Shown here: positions 49,710-63,800 of the stretch, piece by piece | Layout of the letters: each line of letters opens with the position of its first letter | Numbering within the stretch: the first letter of the stretch is position 1 | Source: Camelus dromedarius | Taxonomy: Eukaryota | Length of the DNA stretch: 64,000 nucleotides | Assembly (NCBI RefSeq): GCF_036321535.1 | Contig: NC_087437.1 | Span: forward strand, 86,306,001-86,370,000 | Direction: 5' to 3' | The notes under the pieces: generated by a model | Databases searched by the model: none | The model's input: the letters and a program-made list of their open reading frames with translations, nothing else | What the model was told of the DNA's origin: nothing | Program-made: the position numbers and the translations under genes

Positions 49710-52700
49710 GAATCATAAGAATCATAAGAATCAAAAAGGAAGCAAGCCATTGAGAGCTAGTCTTTCTAAGCCTCTAAGCACACTTCAGACTTGCTTATTG
49801 GGGAGATCTGGAAGATGTTGCAGGAAGTGGGGAATTGCAGAATTAGGCCAGCTCTCTCATTATTGCCTTTTGCTTTTCCAAACATAAAGACAGACACAGG
49901 CCAGTGAACTAATAATATTAATTGATGCCACCCTAACAAAATAGGTCAAATAGAACAAAAACAAAACATATACTGTGCTGTAACCTCTTCGTATGTGACA
50001 TCAAATCAGATGGTGTTTTGGTGTCCTAAAGTGTAGGAGATTAAAAACAAAGCAAACTGATTATGTGATGATCCCGCTGCACATTCTAAAAAGAGACCTC
50101 CCACTGTAGCCTCAGAAAGTATAGCAGTGTAGTGGTCTAGAGAAGAAAAGAGAGGGCTATAGAAAATTCATCTTCATACCTTGACAAAATCTGAACCCTG
50201 AGTTCCTTCAAATGGGGTACCTTGATTTATCACTTTACCAAAAGCAAGCAAATGAAATAACAGAAGTAGTTTTTAGTGTTTTGCTTTTTGTTTTTGTTTT
50301 TGTTTCTGAATAATAAGCTGCTTGTTCTTTCTTTTGGATAGAAGTATTTGTTATTTTGGAAGGAATAGCTAAAATGTGCTGCTTTCTCTGTCTATGGCTA
50401 AAGCAAAGGTTTAATGTTGGGGAGGATTGGCAGTGATTTACTCTTTTTTTTTTCCCCTTAGACTAGGGGCTGTAAATTAGTTACAATTAAATCTTCAAGT
50501 TAGGAGAAGTCCATTTCATTTCTGTTGTGGCTAAACAGTTCAGACATTGTTTCCCTACTCATTCATTGATTTGTTCCAGAATGGGGATCAATGGTCACAT
50601 TTTTTAATGCCACTAGTGGCTTTCCTACTTCTAAATAAATGCCAACCCTTCCCTCGCCCCTTCTAATCAAAAGTTTTAGAACTCACCTTTATATGTGCAA
50701 CATGTAATTCGCAGATTATTCCCTCTTTTTCTTTCCCAGAGTTAAACACAATCGAGACCTACCTCTTATGATCTTTGATTCTCTTAAATTATTTCTCATC
50801 AGCCTATTTATTATTATTATTATTCTCATCAGCCTATTAAGACAGGGGCATAGTTCACCTTTACAGAATACTTTTTTAAAACATGTTTCTAAGTCTTAAT
50901 ATAATAATATGAGAAGAATCAGTTAGTCAACAATGTAGTCCTCAATATAAAACAAAATTTGAAATTTAGAGAAAACCAAGTATATTAGCTCTCTTTTAAA
51001 AAAAATAAACTTTTTTTAAAATTGAAGTATAACATACATACAGATATAGCATTTATTTCTGAAGGCTAACATAAGTTTTTATGTTGGTAGTAACTGTGTA
51101 GGCTGATGAATGCCTAATTAAAAATCTGTCTTTGGGTTTATCTTAGTCCTTGCAATCTTCCCATTTTAATACCTCTTCTCAACTGTAAATCATCTGTGGT
51201 AGAAATATTTATGGTAAAAAATGAAAGGTTTTACACTTAGTTAATAGGAAATTATTTAAAATAAAATTTTTAATATCTGGCCATATGTTTTCTCATCATT
51301 ATTAACTAAAAGTTTTTCAATATTACATGCAATTCTATTTTTATCAGTCTTTGATTAGGCAGAATATGCCATTTTAACCGTTGGGACATAAGAGTCACAA
51401 TTATATCATAATGTGTTATCTAACTGTTCTGTTTGTATATTGAATGCTATTTTCCCTGACCTCGTCCCACACTGAGGAAGAAACAAAGATTCAAGCACTC
51501 TGCCAAAACAAATGCTAGCCCAAGATTCTCTTTTCAAATATGTTTTTTTAGGGACAGTTTTTCATTCTTGGGATGCCAAATAAGGCCAAAGGAGAATTAA
51601 AAAAGAGATAAGCTGTGAGCTTTTGGAAGGAAAAATGTGAGAACCATCTTTGCAAAGGACAAAAGAGTAGAACGGAAGAGGTTCAGAGAATGAACTGTCA
51701 TAAAGATTGGACCTCCTCCATCAGACTGATCCGTTTTGGACAACCTGCAGATCTGTGGTCCTGAACTTCCTGAATGGAGGGTAGCAAGCTTGGACAACTA
51801 AGTGGGAAAGGGGCTTTTAAAATTTTTTATTAACCGTTAACCAAGGTCTAACTCAATTGAATGGTGGGGGAATTTTCCTTTAAGTGGAGTTGATGCTGTC
51901 CCCACTATCCTTATTACAGGCACTTAAATGAAGCACCAACAACAGTAATTTACTTTACAATCAAGTTAATGCTAAAAATTAATGCTAAAAAAAAAAAGGT
52001 TTCCTCCCACAGAAAATATTAAAGGGAATATATGAAGGCTGTGAAGATAATTTCAAAAAAGAATTATAATTAATGTCTGCACAGTGGTTGTTATTGACCT
52101 AATTGTTCAATTTCTATAGTCACTATTTTGAAGAAGGAATGACTCAGATAAGTTTAAAAAAATCAAGCAGATTCAGTCATATTTCTAATCTTGAAAGGCT
52201 CATAACTAAACATTATAACATTATAACCTAAAATTTTGAATCTGGATGTAACACTTTTCAAGCAACATAGTTGGGTTTTAGCAAGGACTTTCTTGAAAAA
52301 CTTTTTAATCTAAAGAAGTGAAACAAATGGTTAGAAACAATGTGGTAATGCAAAAAGAGAAACGATTTTGGGGGCAGGCTTGATTGACTCTTGTCAGTTG
52401 TGTGAATTGGTGAAATTAAACTCAACTTCTCTGAGTTTTAGTTTGTTCATGTATAGAATGGAAAAATTACTGTCTACTTAGAACCAGTTGTGAGTAGGAT
52501 TAATAGGAGATAATGAAAAAACAACATTTACATGCTTATGTGCCATGATTATTATTATGATAATTAATGGAACTTCTTAAACATTCCTGTATGCCAGCAG
52601 GGTAGATATTTTTGGGCAGAAAGACTTTGAGCCAGCTGATAAAAACACTTCTAACCATTTGTTTGTCTTACCCTACAGTTCTGTAGTTCTTAGTTTGGAT

Positions 52701-53339
52701 CTGTGATGTCATGTTTATATCTTTTTGACAAGGAATAGTGGACACTTTGGAAAGCACACTCTGTTAGACCGATGGGTTTATTTTATAAAGGACAGTAAGA
52801 TACCAAACTTGTCCACTACACAACCACGTAATTTCTTTTTCATATTTATTATCAGGTAGCGTGCTTAAAACTACTTCAAGTTAATGAGATAATTGGTGAT
52901 GTCAGACTCTTGTTGATTGCCCTGCCATTTATCAGTCAGCAATACACTTGGCAGGTAGCATGCTTATAGAATAGCATCCTTTAGACACAGACAGCCTTGA
53001 TTTAATCTTGATCTTGGGAAGTGATAAAGATGGTGAGAAACAGGTTTAAAAATGTAACTCAAACACTTTAGTTAGTTAATCATCACATTTAAACTCCTGT
53101 TTTGGCAAGTAAGAAAAATAAAGTAACATTACCTCATTCACCCTTTAAAGATGTTCAATTATTCAACTAATAATTATAGTGAGTACTGATTAATTAGTCC
53201 TTTTGCTTTTCTTTTTCTTCATTCTCTTTTCAACTTTTATTTATCTATTTCTTATTATTTACTGGGTTATAAGAGAAGTAAGAGAAAAATAAATGTAGCT
53301 GTTTATATTGCTTGCTTATTTTCTTAGTGAAAAAACCAT

Positions 53340-54400
53340 TTGTGGTTAAAATAAGGATTAAAAAATGTATTTGTAGATTTTACTTGTGATATAAACATTT
53401 TTCATTAAAAAGCAATGTTCTACTCACATACTAAAATAATAAAGCCCAAACTTCATAGTCTTCATGATTTTCTTCAAATATAATTGCAGGTAGTAGCTTG
53501 GATATCTTTCCAAGCTCTCTTCTATGAATTTATCCACATGATTTTTACATATCTACAAGTGTGGCTGATATGTACAGAATTATGCTATAGGTATGACATC
53601 TACAATTTGCAATTTTAATTTAATAATATACCTTGGAGATCTTCAGTGTAAGGGTATCTTTCTCCTTTTTAATAGCTGCATATTATTCCACAGTACAGTT
53701 GTATTATATAATTTTTTCATTCCCTTGATAGTTATTTAGGTCATCTCTAATTTTTTGATAATATAAACAATCTTTCAGCAAACATTCTATACATAATTTT
53801 CCGGGACACATGAATATCTGTAGGACATACATAGAAGTAGAATTGTTGAAGAGTATATGTACATTTAATTTTCAGATACTACCAAATTACCTTTAGATGT
53901 AAACCCATCAGTATATTCCCACCACCATTGTACAAGAATACTTGTTTCCCCTTGTACTTACCAATACTTAATATGTTTAGTCTTTTAAATTTTTGCAAAT
54001 CTAATAGGCAAAAATCCAATCATTTAAAAAAATTTGTATTGAAGGTCTTTTCATGTGTTTCTTGGCTATTTTAATTTTTTTCTATAGTGATGTTTACATG
54101 ATTTTGTTTATATTTTATTTTTATTATTTAAATTATTTTGTGTTCAACCATGCACACCTTCCTATATCAATTGGCTTATTATTATATTATTTTTTCTTTA
54201 ATTTGCAAAAGTTGCTTATATAAATTCTGGATGTAATTTTTTCTATTCTATATGAAGCAAATATTTTCCTCCACTCTGTTGCTTGATGTTGAACTTTGTT
54301 CTGTTAATTTTGGTCAACAGCTTAAAATTTTTTATGTAGTCCAAGTTACCAATTTTTTTCTCTTTGCTTTCTGTATCTTATGCTTTGCATAAGGTCTTCT
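53340..54400 (-). mobile_element. Old L1ME-type fragment
   Basis: TTTTTAATAGCTGCATATTATTCCA...AGAAGTAGAATTG...ATTCCCACCA...TTTTGCAAATCTAATAGG. Confidence 0.65.
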
Positions 54401-54911
54401 GATTGCCATGGATTTTTATTTCCTTTTGTGTAGATAACCAAATGTTTTAGGCTGAGTGTCTTTCAAATAGCTGATAGGACTGTATTCCTACATTTCTCTG
54501 TCTCCGCAGAGATTACACAAGTTTTCCGTTTAAACTGAGAAAGTTTGTTACCCTAGCTTTAAAGATGATGTAGCCATGACTTTTGACAGTCATTTCAGCA
54601 CGCTGTTTTTTCCAATGTAGTTATAATGAGGTAAACATTAAATTATCATCTGGTATGTTTGACTTCAAGCATACATTTGAATAATTTATGTAGATCGTTA
54701 GACAGTGCTGGAGCTGCATACCAAATGCTCTTTGAGTTGTTAACCAAAGTGCTGTGAATCTGCATTTTTCCCTCAATTCAACCCTACTGACTTTAAGTGT
54801 CATGCAATTTATGGCAGAACATGGTTTAAATTCTCATTGTTTAATAAAATATTTTAGGTGGAGAAATGAAAGATTTGTCCATGTAAAGTTTTTTTTTTTT
54901 TTTTTTTTCAG

Positions 54912-55069
54912 TTTTGTCAAAGCAACATGCTTCGCAAGTCCTGGTTAGGAAACGCCGTGCAAATTCTATGCTTGAAGAAACGAAAAAGGGTAATCTTGAA
55001 AGAGAATGCATTGAAGAGCTGTGCAACAAAGAAGAAGCCAGGGAGGTCTTTGAAAATGACCCTGAAACG
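54912..55069 (+). CDS. PROS1: PROS1 coding exon 2 (158 nt; propeptide + Gla domain [53 protein letters not shown])
   Basis: T20-CAG| acceptor and |GTAAG donor. Encodes the furin site RKRR and the Gla motif ERECxEExC; in frame with exon 1. Confidence 0.98.
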
Positions 55070-57770
55070 GTAAGAATTCATGAAAACTGGTAAGTTAGCT
55101 TACCTCAACATACAACTATAGACGGGACGTTTCGACTTGAATCTGTTTTCCCTTGTGTTCCTTTTTAAAGTTAATGATTGTGTATGTCACCTTCTGCACG
55201 TAACCACTGAAGCTTTTCAGGGGGAAGTACCTTCAAAGGAAAGTTGACTTGTTAGAGAAACACTATTTGCCAAAAGCAGTGTGCTCTGACCAAACTATAA
55301 TTCAGTTATGTCTACTGATCGCAAATAGTAGGAACCTCATAGTTTGTAACTACTTTCTCCCAACCAGAATTTTGTAGTATTGGGTGAAGGCAAGGCATCT
55401 TGAGTGTGTGTGTGTGAGACTGCATTGTTACCACTAGACTTCATTAAATCTCTCCATTGGCGTTTTCATCCAAGCTTTAGAAAACAGGGTCTCTAACCCA
55501 GAGCTTGGTACATAACAGCTACTCAGTGAATGCTTACTGAAGAATTCATTACAGCACAGTGTTCCCTGAGGATATTTTTACTTTATTCCATAAACCCTTG
55601 GAAAGTTTTCTGAGCCCACCTTAACTTCATCAATAATCCCTGGGGTTAGAATTTATATTTTCAGTGTATACATTTTTCCAAGTTAGCCTAGAAAAATATA
55701 ATCCTAAAGACCCCTAAATATCATACAGAAATATGGGAGCCCTAGATCTGATCTTTAGTCCCCTAATTTTCCTAAAGAAGGATGTTCTCTAACATGTCCT
55801 GCATGTAGCAGGAATATCAATAGTGCCTCTAAGAGTTAGGGTGAGGGTGCCTTGAGAATTCAAGTTTGATAACTTTCAGGATTACTGCAGATGCTTTTTC
55901 CCGAGATAAACTATAGAACTAAAAGGAAATGAGGGAGAAAATGTATACAAAGTACCCCCTTTATCTCTGCCACGGCTCCTGAGACCCTGAGACTAGATGA
56001 GAAACAAGTCGGAGCCACTTGTTTCTAGTTAGAGAACGTGTCCAAGACAGTACTAACTTGCATTCTCTGGGACTGCCCTTTAGTCCTCTTACCTCCACCT
56101 ACTGTAATAGGTTCAAAGGGAATTTTTCCCAAGGTACCCAAAGATTCATTTTTAATACGCTCCAGGATTAAATCAAAATGCTCCTCTTAGTTTTGTTGCT
56201 TTCTGTGGATAAGCAATTGACAAGACAAAAATATTTTATTCCACACAATATAACAATGTACTCTTATTGTGTAGGAAACAGATACACACACATATATATA
56301 CACACACAGTTCTTTTTATTACAGAAATTGAAAACATATCCCTAAGTAGAGAGAACTATATAATAAACCTCAATATATCTGCTTCCCCTTTCAATGAGTA
56401 GTAACAGTCTGCCATTCTTCTGCCCGTTCTCTATCCCACGCACTCTAACTTTTGTTTTGTTTTGCTGGAATATGTCAAGGCAAGCCTGAATGCCCAAGAT
56501 TTCATATTAATGTATCACTCATAAATATTTGGCATGTGTTTCTGACCCTATAGATATGTTCTCATAGCTTAGCCTCTGAACAGCAAATGGGGAGTGAGGC
56601 AGAAGACACGTGGAGAGAGGGAAAAGAATGGAGAAAGAAACTCGTTTACATGTTTCCTCCCCTCCACTCTTCTGGCAATGGTGTTATTGACAGACAAGAA
56701 AGAGGAGACAGAGAGAGTAAGGAAGAAGTGGGAGAAATGAAAGGAAAGAAAAAGACATTTGTTATTGCTTCTCACTTTCTATCTTCCCCAAACACTCCCT
56801 GTCCACATCCCTCATACCCTGGTACACATTCCCCATCACCACCCTATTGCTTCTCCCCACGTTGTCCCTGATATATTCCTTTCCCTATTACATTATCTCC
56901 TTTGAACCCATTCATCATTGCTTATCCTCATGGCCTTTGTTCTGCAGATGACAACACTGCTGTCTCAGTTGCTTAGAGGGAGAGCATATCCTTATAAACT
57001 AGTAGAAAAGTGTTGTGTAGGTTTATATGTGAGAGGAGGAAGGAGTGAGGGCTTTAACTCTGTCCTGGATGGAGGTATGTTCTGTACTTGAGGCTGTTTG
57101 GGGGAGAAACACTGTTTTCTCATGAGAAATTCTTGTGTTATTAATGCTGCACATTGGATCAATTATGGCTTGAGAAGGCTTTTGTGAACCAGCCTGGGGC
57201 CCTTACCATCAGAAATCATTTTTAACATTTTTCTCCTTTTGGTAAAGTGCATGCCATAGTCCGAATTACTGATTCACAGACAAATTCTTGATACATAACC
57301 AATTTATAAGTAAGGGATTACATGTACACAAGATGCTGAAAGATAAATGTCCACTTAAACTCAAATTGTATTACTGTTATTCAACATTGAATCTGATATG
57401 TGTAATCAGCATGATGTGAAATGTACCAAATAGGCATCTAGTAATCATGGAAAAAATGAAAGGATTTACAAAACGGGGGCATTTATGATCACATTCAACA
57501 TCTTCAAAGGAACCTGTTTTCAGATTAGAAGCTTTTGAAATGTGATTTAATTGATCAATATTGCTTTAAGTCTAAGCATCTTACTGGCTTAATGTTATTA
57601 GCTGTCTACTCCAGATAAATATTTTACTAGAGAAAAATGCTCTATTGTAATGTGAAAAAGACTGTTATGTGTAATTTGTTTGCATCTTTAATGCAAAAAC
57701 ATTTTTAAATTAACTTTTAACTCTATAGTGAAATTTAGGTTTGCTAAGATTTTTTTTTCTTTCTTTCTAG

Positions 57771-57795
57771 GAATATTTTTATCCAAAATATTTAG
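57771..57795 (+). CDS. PROS1: PROS1 coding exon 3 (25 nt; aromatic stack EYFYPKYL)
   Basis: Polypyrimidine-CTAG| acceptor, GAATATTTTTATCCAAAATATTTAG, |GTAAGT donor. A 25-nt aromatic-stack exon is characteristic of vitamin K-dependent coagulation genes. Exon 4 is not seen in the window. Confidence 0.96.
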
Positions 57796-60700
57796 GTAAG
57801 TTCAAAGAATCTCAATTCTGTAATCTTAGAAATGGAAGAAAACTTAACTATGATCGAGTCCAACCCTCCACCCATATGTATTCCATCCAGTACAATTTCA
57901 TTAGCCTTGGGAATAAGATCTCATTCTATATGCGTTTTCTATCCTTTAATTTAAAGATATATAGACAAATTTGGAATGGTCCTTTTAATTGCTGTATAAC
58001 ATTTTGAATTTTAGTCATTTTCATTCTCTTGTCTTTCTCATAAAAAGTCACTGAGCTGATGCAATGTTATATTTAGGTACCAGAACGTTGTCTGTAAGCA
58101 CTTGAGTTTTCAAGGGTTATCTTTCAATGAAAGGAAAGATCTCTATACTCTTCAGAGCTTATGACATAAATAATTATTTAAATATTGATGGAAATCATTA
58201 ACAACTTCCCACTTTGCAACATCATTGTATCATTTCCTGCAATACTCCACCCATGTTTTGGTTTTGGATACAGTTCTGGACGCTCAAGGAATGAGGTAGT
58301 ATTTCCATACCCAGAGAGATTAGATGATTTCAACTAAATGTCAGTTAAAGATAAAAGTCTTCAGTTTGGTTTAAGCAAATAGAAAAAACATTTTATTAAT
58401 ATTTTTGAGGGGAGACTTGTCAGCATTTCCAAAAAATGAAAGTGGAATTTAATTTGATGAGATTCTCTTAGGTCCAGCCCAAAGAGGTGAAGTCTTCCTC
58501 CTCCTTTAGCTCAGAATTTTCCCTATCTGTGCATCTATCTTCCTACCCTACTCACAAGCCAGCCAACATGAGACTCCAAGGCCTGCAGAAGTGAAAAGTA
58601 AATCTTCCTTGAAAAAAAAAATAGAAGTGTAATCTGATTCATATTAATAAGTATGCAGCTTAACATTGTTAATATAATTTAGCAAATAACTGTTTCCATT
58701 AAACCCTCATTTGTCTTGAAATATGAGGAAACGGAGGGCTTTATTATAGTTTAGGGTGTTACATTTTGTTTATTTTTGTTTTGTTCCTGAATACCCATGC
58801 AGAAATTCCAGAGACCATTATTAGATAGAGGAATATTTATACCTTTCCCATTTTCCTAGGGAGCCTTGCACTGAATTGATGGTATGTGCATATATTTACC
58901 CTTCAGGACAGTTAACAAGATAAGAACGCAACATCATTGGGTAGAAGACCCTCTCAGAACCAGGTTCTCTTTTTCATAGTTCCTAAAGTGGTTGCTTTTC
59001 TGTATTTTGAGTGTCCGTGGTGGTGTGAATCTTGGCTGTCACTTCCTGAGCCAAGGAGACCCAGCTACAATACACTGCCTCTCACTTCACACTTTCATCA
59101 ACTGCAGGACATTGTTTCTGTAGTATCTCTCTTTAGAATTCCATAGCATGACCTATTTCTGTTCTTGGGCTGCTGGGTGTTTTACAGTTGACTTATTACA
59201 ATTCTTTTTATTAATTCCAATCCATCCTCTATCCCCTGCAAGATCTTAAAATTATTTAACGTTTAAGAGCTATAGTTTTCCCATTTGTCAAATGGATAGT
59301 AACAATTTACCTAATAATTTTCTACCAAGAAATAAAATGAGGTAATGCTTTCAAAGCATTTAGTAAAATATGTCATGCTAATCTCTTAATTTTTCCCATG
59401 ATTTCTGCTCTAATCCCATTTTCTTTTCTTTCCTTCCCTTCCCTTTTCTAGCTGCTAATAACAGACTTAAGCAGTTTCATTTACGTTTGCAAAGAGGACA
59501 CCATAAAAACTGTGTAGTGTTATTATTTATATGTCTAGATAGAAAATTCAACAAGTTTTTCTAAAACTTATAGCTGCCATATCTTAAGAGGGCATTGGAA
59601 TATAGGTATACATCCATAAAAAACATTTCTTCTTTTGTAAAGGTGTACTTTGACTCCTCACTTTCCAAAGCAGAAATAAGAGTTTATACTATTAAAATGA
59701 AGAAAAGATAAAATATCAATACTATTTCAGTCTCTCCACTTTAGGTAAGAATTCTAATATTTTATAATTAAAATAGACAATATTTTCCTGTTAAAAATTA
59801 CAGCTTACATTAAAAATGTAGTATTAATCCTTGTTTCTTAGGTCCATGTAATGTGGGTGTGTTTTTGCAGGCATTAACACTCTGGAAGATAACGTACCTT
59901 TGATCACAGAGTACCTTTGGATAAAGATAAATAACCTTTTAATACATTATGTGTTTTGGAGAAGGTAGATAAACTATTTTTCTTTTTCTCTTTCTATTCT
60001 TATCAACTTTCTCTCTGTCTCTACTCAACTTTCTCTTTTCTTTGTCTATCTTATTTGGTAGCATGATAGAAAAGTCAAGTCCTAAAAAAAAGGTAGTAGG
60101 ATGTGGGCTCTAGTTTCAAACCTAAAAATTTCTACTGCATCAGGTTAAACAACTTATTTAACTTCTCAGGTTCTGTATTTAAGTTATGCTATAACTGTAT
60201 TTTCTAACTGCAGAGCTGTTGGTAATACCAAATAAGTACATGTATGTGGATAGATTTTTTTTTCACTATGTAGAACTTTCTTCAAATATAAAGTATTATT
60301 ATTTGATCAATGTATATAGTGAAACAAAAATACAGTTTTATTACAATTTATTTTGTGATTCACATGTTATATTTTGGTCTTTATTTAGTTATAAGCATAT
60401 GTGATGAATTCCAATGATGAAAACAGAAAAGAAATGCTCCAGTGAAGTTAAACGTTTTTGTCATTTGATGTGTGTATTCTGTAGACCAATCACCCTAATT
60501 GGGGGGGAAAAAAAACAAAGACCGGTTTATAATCCTGTCTTTGGAAAGCCTAACAGTAATTTTACTAATTACCACAGGTCATGCTGGGAGCTCCCTGCAG
60601 TGAGATAAGGTCACCCAAAAAATTAGACCACTAACACTAACTCATACTTTTTAGACAGCATTTAGATTTAGAGTTGTAAGGGCTTTCAGAAAGCACTGTA

Positions 60701-60829
60701 GTCTATCCATGTATTTCATGTACTGCACCCATGGAATTTGGACAGAAATACTTTGGGTTTCATAATATAAAGATAAGTTCTTAAGTTGTGTTCTTTTCCT
60801 TAGAAAATAGAATAAATAACTCCACCATC

Positions 60830-63800
60830 TATCTAGGCCTTTAAAATATCACCCAGTAGAACAGATGATTAAATTAATGGGGGAAAAAGAATTTGAGAAG
60901 AATGATAAATTCTGAGCCAAAAAGTAAACATCAGAAATAGTTTTTAGTTTCTAGTTCTTGCCAAATTGGTGGGTTAGCCCAGATTGCTGACTTCTCTTAA
61001 AATCATCTCAAGAGAAACAATAGCATTCCAGGCACTAGTAATAACAAAGTAAAATGAAAACATCAAGAAATGCGAGAAATCCATGTGAGACTGATGGCTG
61101 GCTTGACGTAGTGTGTGTGTGTGTGTGTGTAGGGATCTGGGGCGCTGACTGCTGAGGCAGCTGTAAGAGGACAGATTGGAGTATTTAAAAAATGACCTGA
61201 GCATTCATCAAGCAGATTTTTAAAAGTACAACAGAGCAAACCCTGAGTAACAAAAATAAGGAAATAACAAAAATAGGGATAGAAATAAATGGAAAATAGA
61301 GAGTTAACAAAAGAAAATCTCACTCTTTGAAATAGTAAGTTAGACTGACTTCTGGCAAGAATAATCAAGGAAAAGGAAAAAAGGGAAAGAGGAATGCCAA
61401 AACACAAAGTGTAGAATAAAAGAAGGAAATACGATAACCTCAACATGGATTGGATTTATAATCATACAAATTATAGAATAAAATATAATCATAAAGTATT
61501 ACAAAAGATAGTCATAGAATATTACAAAAATCTACACCAAAATATATTTGGAAGCTTGTTAAAATGGATACATTCCTAGAAAAATATAAAACATCTATAA
61601 TTTCACAGGTAGAAATAGAGAACTTAGTTATACAAATAAGTACTAAATAAACTAAAACATCTCCATATCTCCCCTCAATTTCAGACCCAAATATTTTGCA
61701 AATGAGTTCTTCCAAATTTAAAGAAGCTGTTAAATTCTCTTATAAAATTACCACAGAAAGTAGAAAGAGATTATATAATGTGAGCTTATTTTAAGGCTGA
61801 TATAATCTTAATTCCAAAACCAGAGAAGGACAACATGAGAAAAAAAAAATTACATATATTAATTCTAAGTAAAATTATATTCAATCTAATCTAAGAATAT
61901 TAAAAATAGTATATCATGATAAAGTAGGACTTATTCCAGATATTCAAAGATTATTTAACATCAGAAAATATATTAATGTAATTCTCCAGATAAATAGTAT
62001 ATTATTACTATTCATACAGAAAAAGCAGTTGATAAAATTCAACACTCAATTATGATAAAAACTTTTGGCAAACTTTAAGAGGACATTCTGAACATGGTAA
62101 AGTATGTATAGAATAACCATACAATTTTTCTTCTAAATTTTGATACTTTGTCTATGACCAGTACTCCACTAGATAATTGACAAGTGAAACAGAATAAAAT
62201 AAAACTTTTCTGGGCAAATAGACATGTATGGTCACTCTAACAATATACACACAAAAGAAAGAGAGAGAGAGAAGGAGGAAGGAAGGAAGGAAGGAAGAAG
62301 AAAAAAGAAAGGAAGAAAAAAAGAAGAAAACCTACAGTAAACATTATACTTCATGGATAAACTTTATAGTCTCTTTATGATTGAGAACAAGAAAAGGCAC
62401 ACTAGAGGTTACAGCCAATGCAATGGGGAAAGAAAAATAAGTAAGATTTGTATAGATCATGGTACAAAATATATGACCATCATTATTTGTAAATAAAATG
62501 ACGATATACCTAGAAAAAATAGAATCCATAGACAAAATATTAGAACACATAAGAGATTTTAGATAATTCTAAGACTACCCTATATAAATTGGTAGTGGAT
62601 TTTTACATAAACAAGTTTCAGTAGGGAATGAAAAGATGATACTATTCACAATGGTAGCAAGTCCCATAAAATATCTGGAAATATCTCAAGAATGCATAAT
62701 ACCTCTATAGAGAAAACTTGAAAACTCAAATTAAGGATATAAAAAATGAACTGAATCATAGACAGACATTTCATGGCCTTGAATTGAACTGAATTGAATA
62801 CGAAAGAAGATCATTTCTCCTCAAATTAATCTATATATTCAGAGCAATGCCATTAAAAATTCTAACTGATTTTTTTTTTTAGGAATTCAGTAAGTTCAAG
62901 TTTATATTTAAATCAGGTTATAAAAGTCCACAAATGCCTAAATAAACCTTAAAAAAGCAAAAGGAGGAAACACCTCATAAAATATGAATTATACAAAGCC
63001 ATAGAAAGAAAACCATGTAATATTGTCAGAAAAATATGTAGACTAATAAATTTAATGGGGTTCAGAAACAGACCCATGTATATATGGCAACCTAATATTT
63101 GATAAAGATGACACCACAAATCACTGTGAATTGTTTAGAAGATGGTGTCGGGAAGACTGGCCAACTGTAATCAGAAAAATAAATCTGGGCTTCTAACTAC
63201 CACCAAATATAAAGTGAATTCTAGGTGGAATAAAGACAAAAATGTTAAAGTAAAACTATGAAATTAAAGGAAAAAACATGGGAGAATATCTTTGTGATCA
63301 GTGGCATGGGAAAAAACTTCAAATGCAACAAGCCATAAGGTAAAATTATTGGTAAATTTAACTACAGCAAAATTAAGAATTTCCTTTAAAAGACAGACAT
63401 AAAAGATACGTTTAAGAAACAAGTAAAAGAACGAGAGATGATATTTGTAAGGTTTACACGTGTGTAAATCCACATGAACAATAAATAAGTGCCAATAGAA
63501 AAATGGTTAAAAAATAATAAAATTTTCAGAGGAAGAAACCCCCTAGTTTTTTAAATGACATGAAGATATGCTCCATCTCACTAGAAATCAAAAAACAATA
63601 TATTACTTTATTGCCAATTATGGCAACAGTTAAGAAGTCAAGATATAGACATTCTTATGCTCTGCTGGTGGGAATGTGCCTCTGGAGAGCTGGTAAGTTC
63701 ATGCCTTTCTAATGATGCCACAATTCTGGAAACCACTGGGTTTCCAAAGAAATTCTTATGCATGTCCTAACAAGACATGCAAGAAGATATTTTTTGCAGC

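Larger units (their letters stand above)
49090..49710 (+). mobile_element. LINE-1 3' end with (GAT)n(AAT)n tail
   Basis: ATGGACCTGG...CTAAGTGAAGTAAGCCAG...GATATCACTCATATGTGGAAT is an L1 ORF2-end/3' UTR signature; long AAT microsatellite tail. Confidence 0.88.

Noticed and set aside
51960..52230. Small tandem duplications (TTAATGCTAAAAA x2; AACATTAT x2)
   Set aside because: Ordinary slippage duplications in AT-rich DNA.
54560..55185. Scattered forkhead/HNF1-like motifs (GTAAACA ~54631, GTTAATGATT ~55170) suggesting a liver enhancer near exon 2
   Set aside because: Short AT-rich motifs expected by chance; unsupported without conservation or chromatin data.
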